This document shows, piece by piece, positions 56,598 through 64,000 of a DNA stretch of 64,000 bases. Position numbers and translations under genes: made by a program. Each line of letters starts with the position of its first letter. Position 1 is the stretch's first letter. The notes beneath the pieces were generated by a model, which did no database searches, had not been told where the DNA came from, and saw nothing but the letters and a program-made list of their open reading frames with translations. Source of the stretch: an uncultured Acidobacteriota bacterium (lineage in GTDB: Bacteria > Acidobacteriota > UBA6911 > RPQK01 > JAPXNP01); the NCBI GenBank assembly GCA_963777605.1, contig CAVZRV010000007.1, positions 832,001-896,000 of the forward strand, read 5' to 3'.

Positions 56598-57520
56598 TCG
56601 CGAAGGCTTCTCCCGGTGAGTTCAATAAAGACATCTTCGAGCGACGGCCGTTTCAGGGCGGCATCCGCCAATTCGACTCCGTGGGAATCAATCCACTTTA
56701 CGATCTCAACCAGCGCCTTCGCCGGCTGGGGCGAGAAAACCGTGAGGTGGCGACGGTCCTCGGACAGAACCGACTTGTCCGCGTAAGGCCAGCGGGGAAG
56801 CTCGACATTGGGAAGAGGGCTCTCGCACGACACCTCGATCAGCGAAGTTCCCAGCGTACGCTCCTGTAATTCGCGCGGGGTACCTTCAATAATGATGTTC
56901 CCACCGTCAATGATTGCAACCCGGTCACAGAGCCGCTCAGCTTCTTCGATGTAGTGGGTCGTCAGCAGCACGGTTCGTTTTTCGGATCGAAGCGATTGGA
57001 TCAATCCGTGAATCTCATGCCGTGCCTGGGGATCCAGGCCCGAAGTCGGCTCGTCGAGAAACAGCAACTGCGGGTCATTGATCAGCGACAGTGCCAGGAC
57101 CAGCCTCTGTTTCTGTCCGCCTGAGAGCTGGCCGTAGAAGGAATCCTGCTTCTCGGTCAACTGGAGTCGGTCCAGGAGTTCGAGAGTGTTGCGGCGAGTA
57201 CTGTAGAAGCTCGCAAAGAGTTCGACGGCTTCCCTGACCCGAATCTTTTCGGGCAGGTTGGTCGATTGAAGACTCACCCCGATGCGATCCTTCAATTGCA
57301 GATTCTGGGTTTCGGGATCAAAACCCAGCACGCTGACCGTTCCTGCGGTCCGGCTGCGCAAGCCCTCCAGGATTTCGACGGTCGTTGTTTTGCCGGCGCC
57401 GTTCGGCCCGAGCAGGCCAAAAACCTCTCCCGCCCGGACTTCGAAAGAAATCCCCTGCACGGCGGTGAATTCACCATACTGCTTGACCAGGGAGTTGACG
57501 AGGATTTGGGTCTCCATCAC
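56594..57520 (-). CDS. ABC ATP-binding protein (DrrA/YbhF-like exporter)
   Basis: Motifs GPNGAGKTT, LSGGQKQR, LDEPTSGLDP, TTHYIEEAE and PSLEDVF. ATGA overlap with the permease fusion. Confidence 0.93.
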   Translation of the reverse strand: MMETQILVNSLVKQYGEFTAVQGISFEVRAGEVFGLLGPNGAGKTTTVEILEGLRSRTAGTVSVLGFDPETQNLQLKDRIGVSLQSTNLPEKIRVREAVELFASFYSTRRNTLELLDRLQLTEKQDSFYGQLSGGQKQRLVLALSLINDPQLLFLDEPTSGLDPQARHEIHGLIQSLRSEKRTVLLTTHYIEEAERLCDRVAIIDGGNIIIEGTPRELQERTLGTSLIEVSCESPLPNVELPRWPYADKSVLSEDRRHLTVFSPQPAKALVEIVKWIDSHGVELADAALKRPSLEDVFIELTGRSLRE

Positions 57521-57609
57521 AGTTTGGCTTCCGGGGGACCGACCAAAGGGGGACGACCGGCGGCGGTTGTTTCAGCGCGCCGACGGTCCTTCCTCTTCTG
57601 GATTTCGGT

Positions 57610-58209
57610 TCACTCCTCTTCGGCAAGCTCCTTCAGACGGGCCTGGATGGACGGATCGGAGAGGAGCTCTTGCGCGGTGAACAGGGCATGGAACCGGTAC
57701 GCTTCGAGAGCTTCCCGTCCTCCCTGCTCCCGGTCAACCAGGCAGAATACCGCCGCCACTTTCATTCCCGCCTCCTCGGCGGCCCGGACAGCTTTCAGTG
57801 TCGAACCACCCGTTGTGCAAACGTCGTCAACGATGATCACCGCCATGCCTTCGCCGTTATCGAGGCCTTCAATGAACCTCTGCGTACCGTGCTTCTTCGG
57901 CTCTTTCCGAACAATAAAGGCAGGCAAAGGATGGTATTGCTCGCGGAGTGCATGACTGACCGCGGCGACGGAGGAGACAATCGGATCCGCTCCCAGTGTC
58001 AATCCGCCGATGGCCTCGGCCTCAATCCCTGCCTGCCTGGCACGGTCAAGAATCAGGGCCGCCGTCAGATAGGCGCCCTCCGGGTCAAGGGTCGTGAACT
58101 TGCTGTCAAAGTAGTAATTGCTCGTCTTCCCTGACACCAGGGTGAAGTGCCCCAACTTCAGCGATTTGCTCCGGAGGATCTCCAGGAGACGCGATCGTTC
58201 GTTTTGCAT
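57610..58209 (-). CDS. pyrE: Orotate phosphoribosyltransferase
   Basis: Motifs FTLVSGKTSNYY, RKEPKKHG and IVDDVCTTGGS. Confidence 0.95.
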   Translation of the reverse strand: MQNERSRLLEILRSKSLKLGHFTLVSGKTSNYYFDSKFTTLDPEGAYLTAALILDRARQAGIEAEAIGGLTLGADPIVSSVAAVSHALREQYHPLPAFIVRKEPKKHGTQRFIEGLDNGEGMAVIIVDDVCTTGGSTLKAVRAAEEAGMKVAAVFCLVDREQGGREALEAYRFHALFTAQELLSDPSIQARLKELAEEE

Positions 58210-58218
58210 GGAGTTGCC

Positions 58219-58716
58219 CTAATTGCTCCGGTAGTTGGTGAACTGCATGTCAATTCCAAAGTCCTGCTCTCGAAGCCGGGCGATGACTTCCTGGAGCACG
58301 TCCCTGACCGGGCCTGAGACTCTCACCGTGTCTCCCTGAAGCGATACCTGTACCTTTAGCTTCGTTTCCTTGATGAACTTGATGATCTCCTTGCCCTTCT
58401 CGGTGGGAATTCCCTGTTGCAGCTGGATCTTCTGCCGGACCGTACCTCCGGCGGCATCCTCGACCTTGTCAAAATTGAGTGCTTTCAACGAGACGCCGCG
58501 CTTGACCAGTCTTGCCTGGAGGATCTCGGAGAGACTTCTGAGCTTGTACTCGTCATCCGAGTGAAGCACCAGGTCCCCCTCCTCAATCTGGACATCACTG
58601 ACGCTCCCTTTGAAGTCAAAGCGCTGGTGCACCTCCTTCATCGTCTGGTTGACCGCGTTTCTGACCTCATTGAGGTCCGTGTTCGAAGAAATGTCAAAGG
58701 AGTTGCTTTTCGCCAT
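58219..58716 (-). CDS. yajQ: YajQ family nucleotide-binding protein
   Basis: Motifs SFDISS, NAVNQ..KE...RFDFKG, QGDTVRVSG and QFTNYR. Confidence 0.95.
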   Translation of the reverse strand: MAKSNSFDISSNTDLNEVRNAVNQTMKEVHQRFDFKGSVSDVQIEEGDLVLHSDDEYKLRSLSEILQARLVKRGVSLKALNFDKVEDAAGGTVRQKIQLQQGIPTEKGKEIIKFIKETKLKVQVSLQGDTVRVSGPVRDVLQEVIARLREQDFGIDMQFTNYRSN

Positions 58717-58915
58717 AATAGATTCCTTGCCTTGTGGACAAACCCGGGGGAACAATGATTCTCCCCTTGAATTAGCGGGTATGTCAAACGGCAGCGGGCT
58801 GCCGCCCAATCGTTGCCGGCACCTTGAGATCGAAATCTTCCCGGGAAGGTGAAATCGTCCCCCTCGTGTCCTGAGTCAGGACACTGGTGGGGGGCCACTG
58901 ATAGAATCGTTCCCT

Positions 58916-59560
58916 ATGCGGTCTCCTCCGTTTCAGATTTCAATGGATCTCGACGGATGGCAACTCTTCTGGGCACACCTCGCGCTGAAGGGAGACGCCG
59001 CCGACTGGCAGGCAACGCTCGAAGAGGTTTCCTCTGAAGTGCGCACGGCTCTCAGTCTCAAGACGCTTTCCTCGCACCCTCCGGTCTCGGAAATGCGGAG
59101 GCTCTTTCGGGCAGCGGGTACCGATCCGACCCGCTATCGTCCGGCTTCAGAGGCGCTCCTGCGAAGGGTGCTCAAAGGCGATCCGCTGCCGAAGATTCAC
59201 CCTCTGGTGGATCTCAACAACTGCCTTTCCCTCCTGCTCTCGGTTCCCTGCTGCGTGATGGCCGAGGGGAGTTTCCAGCCTCCGCTTCGGTTTCGGGTCG
59301 GCACGGAAGGAGAGGAGTACCTATCATTGAAGGGGCCATTCCGCCTGGAGGGCCGTCCCCTTCTTCTCGACACCGAGGGTCCGCTGGATGCCCCGATCAC
59401 GGGAAGTGAGCGGGTCAAGATCGTTGCCACAACGACAGCAGCCTGGCTGGTTGCCTACCTCCCCGGGGCTGCGGTCTCATTTCGCCAGGCGGAGGCGGCC
59501 TTGAGCCGCCTGACCGGTCCCGATTCCGGTATCCAAGCCGACTCGATCAGCCTCTCCTAG
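58916..59560 (+). CDS. Stand-alone B3/B4 (PheT editing-like) domain protein
   Basis: Motifs G.DPTRYRPASEALLRR and IHPLVDLNN..SL. Confidence 0.85.
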   Translation: MRSPPFQISMDLDGWQLFWAHLALKGDAADWQATLEEVSSEVRTALSLKTLSSHPPVSEMRRLFRAAGTDPTRYRPASEALLRRVLKGDPLPKIHPLVDLNNCLSLLLSVPCCVMAEGSFQPPLRFRVGTEGEEYLSLKGPFRLEGRPLLLDTEGPLDAPITGSERVKIVATTTAAWLVAYLPGAAVSFRQAEAALSRLTGPDSGIQADSISLS

Positions 59561-59608
59561 TTGCATTATCGCGCTGATTCTGGGAGGTTTGGGAAAGGAG
59601 AGTTACGC

Positions 59609-60367
59609 ATGGAGTTGAGCATTCGGTCTGGCTTCCTGATTGGTTTCGTTTGGCTTTTCCTGTCGGGGGTGCCCGTGATGGGACAGGACGCCGCCAACGT
59701 CATTAACAAGATCGATCAGCTGTACCGAGCCGATTCGAGCCAGGGCACCATGGAAATGGAAATTTCCACGCCCGACTGGCATCGCACCCTGGTGATGGAA
59801 GTCTGGAGCAAGGGTCTCGACAAGACCTTCGTGCGCATCGAGAAGCCGGCGAAAGAACGGGGCGTTACCACCCTGCGAATCGGAAACGAGATGTGGAACT
59901 ACCTGCCCAAAACGAACAAGGTCATCAAGATTCCCCCTTCCATGATGATGAGTTCCTGGATGGGATCTGATTTCACCAACGACGACCTGGTCAAGGAGTT
60001 CACGTTTCTGGATGACTACAACTTCGAGTTCGTTCACCCCGACAACGCCGTCGAAGGTGAGCTATACATCAACTGCATACCCAAGGAAGACCGCCCCATC
60101 GTCTGGGGAAACGTTCTCATCGCGGTTCGTGCCGATACCCTCCTGCCGGTCTGGCAGAAGTACTTTGACGAAGGGAAACAGTTGATGCGCACGCTGACGT
60201 ACAGTGATGTGAAGGAGCTTGGAGGCCGCAGGATACCGGCTTCCATGGAGATGATTCCTGCCACCAAGGAAGGCCACCGGACGATTGTCCGCTACCGGGA
60301 AATTACCTTTAACGCAAACCTCTCCGAGGAAGTCTTTTCGCTCAGGAATCTTCGCGCCAATCCCTGA
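59609..60367 (+). CDS. LolA-like 'outer membrane lipoprotein-sorting' periplasmic protein
   Basis: Signal peptide, PAKERG..TL, MWNYLP..NKVIKI and SWMGSDFTNDD. GGAG RBS. Confidence 0.85.
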   Translation: MELSIRSGFLIGFVWLFLSGVPVMGQDAANVINKIDQLYRADSSQGTMEMEISTPDWHRTLVMEVWSKGLDKTFVRIEKPAKERGVTTLRIGNEMWNYLPKTNKVIKIPPSMMMSSWMGSDFTNDDLVKEFTFLDDYNFEFVHPDNAVEGELYINCIPKEDRPIVWGNVLIAVRADTLLPVWQKYFDEGKQLMRTLTYSDVKELGGRRIPASMEMIPATKEGHRTIVRYREITFNANLSEEVFSLRNLRANP

Positions 60368-60442
60368 GCGGCGTTTCGATTCGCGGGATGGTCACAAACC
60401 CGGACCCGCTCTGCTTTCCTCCGGGCGCGAGGTGACTGGACA

Positions 60443-61660
60443 ATGCTGGTTCTCAAGATTGCATGGCGAAACATATTCCGGCAGCAAAGGCGGAGTGTCC
60501 TGACAATACTGACCATGTTCGGTGGCTTCACGCTTGCGGCAGTCTCAATCGGTTGGGCCGACGGCACCTACAACCGGATTATCAATGCGTTCACCCGGAA
60601 TCGACTGGGGCATATCCAGATTCACGCCAGGGGCTACCTTGACCGTCCGTCCATCCAGGACCGTATCGACAACTGCTACGCTGTCGGTAAAGAGGTGTCG
60701 GCTGTCCCGGGCGTGGAGGCGTGGGCTCCCCGGTTCCTCGCCGCCGGACTTGCATCGGTCGGTGACAGTACTGCAGGCATGAGTGTGATTGGCGTTGACC
60801 CGTCGCTGGAGTCGGCAGCGACCGGTTTCGAGCGCAAGATCGTCGAAGGGCGTTCCCTGGCTGAACAGTCCGCTCACGAAGCCGTGCTGGGAAAAGGCCT
60901 GGGAAGGCGACTCAAGGCGAAGATCGCTGATGAGGTAGTCATCGTCTCACAGGCGGCGGACGGCTCAATCGCCAATGACCTGTACAAGATCGTCGGTTTC
61001 CTCGAAAGTGGGGATGACTCCGCGGACCAGAGCAGTCTCTACCTCCACCTGGCGGACGCCCAGGAACTCTTTGCGCTGAAGGGGGCCGCCCACGAGATCG
61101 TCATCATCGTCGAGAGCCTCAATGAAGTCGAGCACGTAACCACATTGATCCGGGCGGCGCTGGCGAATACCAACCTCGACGTGGAACCCTGGCAGGAGTT
61201 CGCTCACTCCTTCTACGTGGCGATGCAGGCAGACAAGCGCGGCAACTGGATCCTTCAGGCGATCATCGTGTTGATCGTTGGTGTCGGCGTCTTGAACACG
61301 GTCTTGATGACCGTCCTCGAACGAACCCGCGAATATGGAGTCCTGCGGGCCGTGGGAACACGCGCGTCCGTTCTTTTTCCGATGATTGTCGGCGAGGTCA
61401 CTTTGATGGCGATCATCTCCATCGCCCTGGGCACGGTTGCCTCGCTCGGAGCCAACTACTGGTTGTCTTTGCACGGCATTGCCCTCCCTGAACCCTTTAC
61501 CTACGGAGGAATGGAATTCAGCCATTTCTATTCCGAGATCAATGCTCACAGCCTGTACATTCCAGCCTCCACGATTCTGATGGTCGCCGTCCTGGTCAGC
61601 CTCTACCCGGCCCTGCGGGCCTGCCGGATAGAACCCGCCCGGGCGCTGAGGATGCACTGA
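60443..61660 (+). CDS. MacB/FtsX/LolE-type ABC permease
   Basis: Motifs AWRNIFR...RS, GHIQI, NTVLMTVLERTREYGVLRAVG and YPA.RA..IEPA.ALR. Confidence 0.92.
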   Translation: MLVLKIAWRNIFRQQRRSVLTILTMFGGFTLAAVSIGWADGTYNRIINAFTRNRLGHIQIHARGYLDRPSIQDRIDNCYAVGKEVSAVPGVEAWAPRFLAAGLASVGDSTAGMSVIGVDPSLESAATGFERKIVEGRSLAEQSAHEAVLGKGLGRRLKAKIADEVVIVSQAADGSIANDLYKIVGFLESGDDSADQSSLYLHLADAQELFALKGAAHEIVIIVESLNEVEHVTTLIRAALANTNLDVEPWQEFAHSFYVAMQADKRGNWILQAIIVLIVGVGVLNTVLMTVLERTREYGVLRAVGTRASVLFPMIVGEVTLMAIISIALGTVASLGANYWLSLHGIALPEPFTYGGMEFSHFYSEINAHSLYIPASTILMVAVLVSLYPALRACRIEPARALRMH

Positions 61661-61663
61661 GCC

Positions 61664-62896
61664 ATGACCATCATGTTCTACCTTCGACTCGGAATCCGGA
61701 ACATGCTGCGCAACAAGCGTCGCGCGTTAATAGCGGGGACCGCCATCGGTCTCGGTCTGGCGGCCCTGATCTTCTCAGACTCCCTCATGCTCGGAATGGA
61801 AGAAAACCTCGTTGAGTCGGCAACCGGGACTTTCATGGGAGACGGGCAGATCCACCTGCGTGGCTACCGGGAGCTTCCCGAAGTCGAAAAAACGATTGCC
61901 GACAAGGACGCCCTCGAGAACCGGCTGCGCCATGATCCCCGGATCACTGCATTCAGCGAGCGTGTGATGTCGTTCGCGATGATCAGGTCGCCGTCCAACA
62001 TGGCCTCGGTCCAACTCGTCGGTATCGAACCCACGAGTGAAGCACGGATTTCGCAGATCGATGAAGCCATCGTTGAAGGCCGCTATCTGTCGCCGGACGA
62101 TTCCCACGGAATCCTGATTGGCTCCAAACTCTCCGAGATCCTCGACTCGAAGATTGGCGGTCGGGTTGTAATAACCGTTGCTGAAGCCCATTCCGGCGAG
62201 CTGTCTCAAGAGATGTTCCGGGTTGCCGGAATCTTCCATTTCAACGTGGCCGAGATGGATCGGGGCATGGTGTTCGTGCGGCTCGACCGCGCCCAGTCGA
62301 TGCTTGCCCTGGACTCTTCGATTCACGAGATTGCCTTGAAGATTGCCAAAGACGGCACCCTCGCAACCGAGACCTCTCCGGTTTGGGCTGAGTACTCGGA
62401 CCAGAAAAATGAAGCCGCCAGCTGGGCCGAACTGGTCCCACAAATCAAGATGGCTGTCGATCTATCCAATTTTTCGCTCCTCATTCTCGGACTGATCCTG
62501 TTTGCCATCGTGGCCCTGGGGATCATCAACTCGCTATTCATGTCGCTTCACGAACGGATGTTCGAGTTCGGGGTGATGCGGGCAGTGGGGACGCGTCCCA
62601 GCCGGATGGCGATTTTGATTCTGGTTGAGGCGGGTGCCCTCGGCGTGATCGCCGTCATCCTTGGAGTGGCCCTCGGCACACTGGCAGTCGCGGTGACCGG
62701 TTCGGTCGGGATCGACTACACCGGCATTGAGGCGATGGGAGTCACCTTTCGCAATCGCCTCTTTCCGCTCTTTCAGTTGAGGCAGTTCATCCTATATCCG
62801 GTGGCCGTGTTCCTGGTCACCCTGCTCATCGGATTGTATCCGGCCGTTCACGCCGCCCGAATGCAGCCGGCGAAAGCTATGCGGCGCAGTTTCTAG
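61664..62896 (+). CDS. Second MacB/FtsX/LolE-type ABC permease
   Basis: Motifs RNMLRNKRR, NSLFMSLHERMFEFGVMRAVG and YPAVHAARMQPA. Confidence 0.92.
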   Translation: MTIMFYLRLGIRNMLRNKRRALIAGTAIGLGLAALIFSDSLMLGMEENLVESATGTFMGDGQIHLRGYRELPEVEKTIADKDALENRLRHDPRITAFSERVMSFAMIRSPSNMASVQLVGIEPTSEARISQIDEAIVEGRYLSPDDSHGILIGSKLSEILDSKIGGRVVITVAEAHSGELSQEMFRVAGIFHFNVAEMDRGMVFVRLDRAQSMLALDSSIHEIALKIAKDGTLATETSPVWAEYSDQKNEAASWAELVPQIKMAVDLSNFSLLILGLILFAIVALGIINSLFMSLHERMFEFGVMRAVGTRPSRMAILILVEAGALGVIAVILGVALGTLAVAVTGSVGIDYTGIEAMGVTFRNRLFPLFQLRQFILYPVAVFLVTLLIGLYPAVHAARMQPAKAMRRSF

Positions 62897-62906
62897 GAGT
62901 CACACC

Positions 62907-63602
62907 ATGCCCGATCAGCTGGTTATTGAAACTCACGGCATCGAAAAAGTCTACTCCGACAACGGGGTACCGGTGAACGCCCTGCGCGGTGTCGACCTAA
63001 AGGTCAGAATAGGGGAGTTCACCGCCGTGGTCGGGCCATCAGGATCCGGAAAGACGACCTTGTTCAACATTCTTTCCGGTCTCGACGTCCCCACCCGGGG
63101 AGAAGTCTGGCTCTCGGGCAGAAAGATATCGACGATGAGCGGGAGTGAACTCTCCGACTTCCGGCGGGACTACATCGGTTTCGTGTTTCAGGCCTACAAC
63201 CTGATCCCCGTCCTGACGGTGGAGGAAAATGTCGAGTACATCATGCTGCTCCAGGGAGTGCCCAAGCAGGATCGGAAAGATCGGGTCCGAGCAATCCTGA
63301 TCGACGTCGGACTGGACGGAATGGAAACACGACTCCCGACCAAGCTCTCGGGCGGTCAGCAACAGCGGGTAGCCGTTGCCCGGGCGATTGTTTCGAACCC
63401 GTCCCTCGTTCTTGCCGACGAACCGACCGCCAATCTCGATTCCAAAACGGGTTCCGGCCTGCTCGACATGATGCGCCACCTGAACGAAACCAAGGGCGTC
63501 ACATTTCTCTTTTCCACCCACGACCAGATGATCATGGACCGTGCCCGCAGACTCGTCACTCTAAAAGATGGGCGGATCGAAAGTGACGAATCGCGAGATT
63601 AA
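62907..63602 (+). CDS. LolD/MacB-type ABC ATPase
   Basis: Motifs GPSGSGKTT, LSGGQQQRV and ADEPTANLDS. Confidence 0.93.
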   Translation: MPDQLVIETHGIEKVYSDNGVPVNALRGVDLKVRIGEFTAVVGPSGSGKTTLFNILSGLDVPTRGEVWLSGRKISTMSGSELSDFRRDYIGFVFQAYNLIPVLTVEENVEYIMLLQGVPKQDRKDRVRAILIDVGLDGMETRLPTKLSGGQQQRVAVARAIVSNPSLVLADEPTANLDSKTGSGLLDMMRHLNETKGVTFLFSTHDQMIMDRARRLVTLKDGRIESDESRD

Positions 63603-63603
63603 T

Positions 63604-64000
63604 GTGCGAAGAGCCGCCCTGATAGCGTCACTTTTGTTATTCGCCTGCCAGCCTCTCACCCTCCAGCTGCAAGGCGCCTCTTCCCTTGAACTGGGCGGGT
63701 ATTACAAGAATTTCACAGTTGGATATCGCTTCCCCGACGACAACCTGTTCGGCTTCACTGGCGGTCTCGTCCCCGGCACCTATAATCGATTCCGCCTCAA
63801 TGCCACCTGGAAAATATCAAACCGGCTCTCCTTTTCCGGTTCTTACGATTTCGCCCCTCGCTGGCAGGACCCGGTCCTGAACTCCCGTCCGATCGGTTTC
63901 CTGCGGGACACGCGACGCAGTTACCGGATCGCTGACCTTAACCCGAGGCTCTACCCCGGCGACGAGGCCGACACCGCAAACCAGTCATTTTCCATCAACC
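63604..64000 (+). CDS. Secreted, probable outer-membrane beta-barrel protein, 3'-truncated
   Basis: Not in the ORF track. The frame is open from GTG 63604 to the window end: VRRAALIASLLLFACQ...LELGGYYKNF...NRFRLNATWKISNRLSFSGSYDF, a signal peptide followed by amphipathic strands. Confidence 0.65.
   Translation, partial: MRRAALIASLLLFACQPLTLQLQGASSLELGGYYKNFTVGYRFPDDNLFGFTGGLVPGTYNRFRLNATWKISNRLSFSGSYDFAPRWQDPVLNSRPIGFLRDTRRSYRIADLNPRLYPGDEADTANQSFSIN

Overview
A GC-rich bacterial chromosomal segment of mostly housekeeping and envelope genes. The gene repertoire suggests Acidobacteriota, but this is inference only. All calls come from motif recognition by eye, with no database search. Core genes include groES/groEL with a CIRCE element, cysS, purC, smc, fumC, pyrE, yajQ, nhaA, a rocD-argF pair and tRNA-Gly(GCC). 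Accessory modules are an oleABCD hydrocarbon/beta-lactone cluster, a TesA-YbbAP system and a LolA-like/MacB-type ABC/beta-barrel operon. I found no CRISPR array, integrase or transposase. The best candidates for undescribed biology are: (1) a secreted SpoIVB/S55-type protease that looks circularly permuted, co-transcribed with a secreted beta-propeller protein and sharing a GGAACC-N16-GT promoter motif with the adjacent ECF sigma/anti-sigma pair; (2) an ABC-2 exporter permease fused to an amidohydrolase domain that has lost its metal ligands; (3) a nitrilase-family enzyme with Met in place of the catalytic Lys; (4) an ole cluster with a divergent OleA. Three genes within about 5 kb (ybbP, the nitrilase, kup) are split by single frameshifts, which may be sequencing artefacts.
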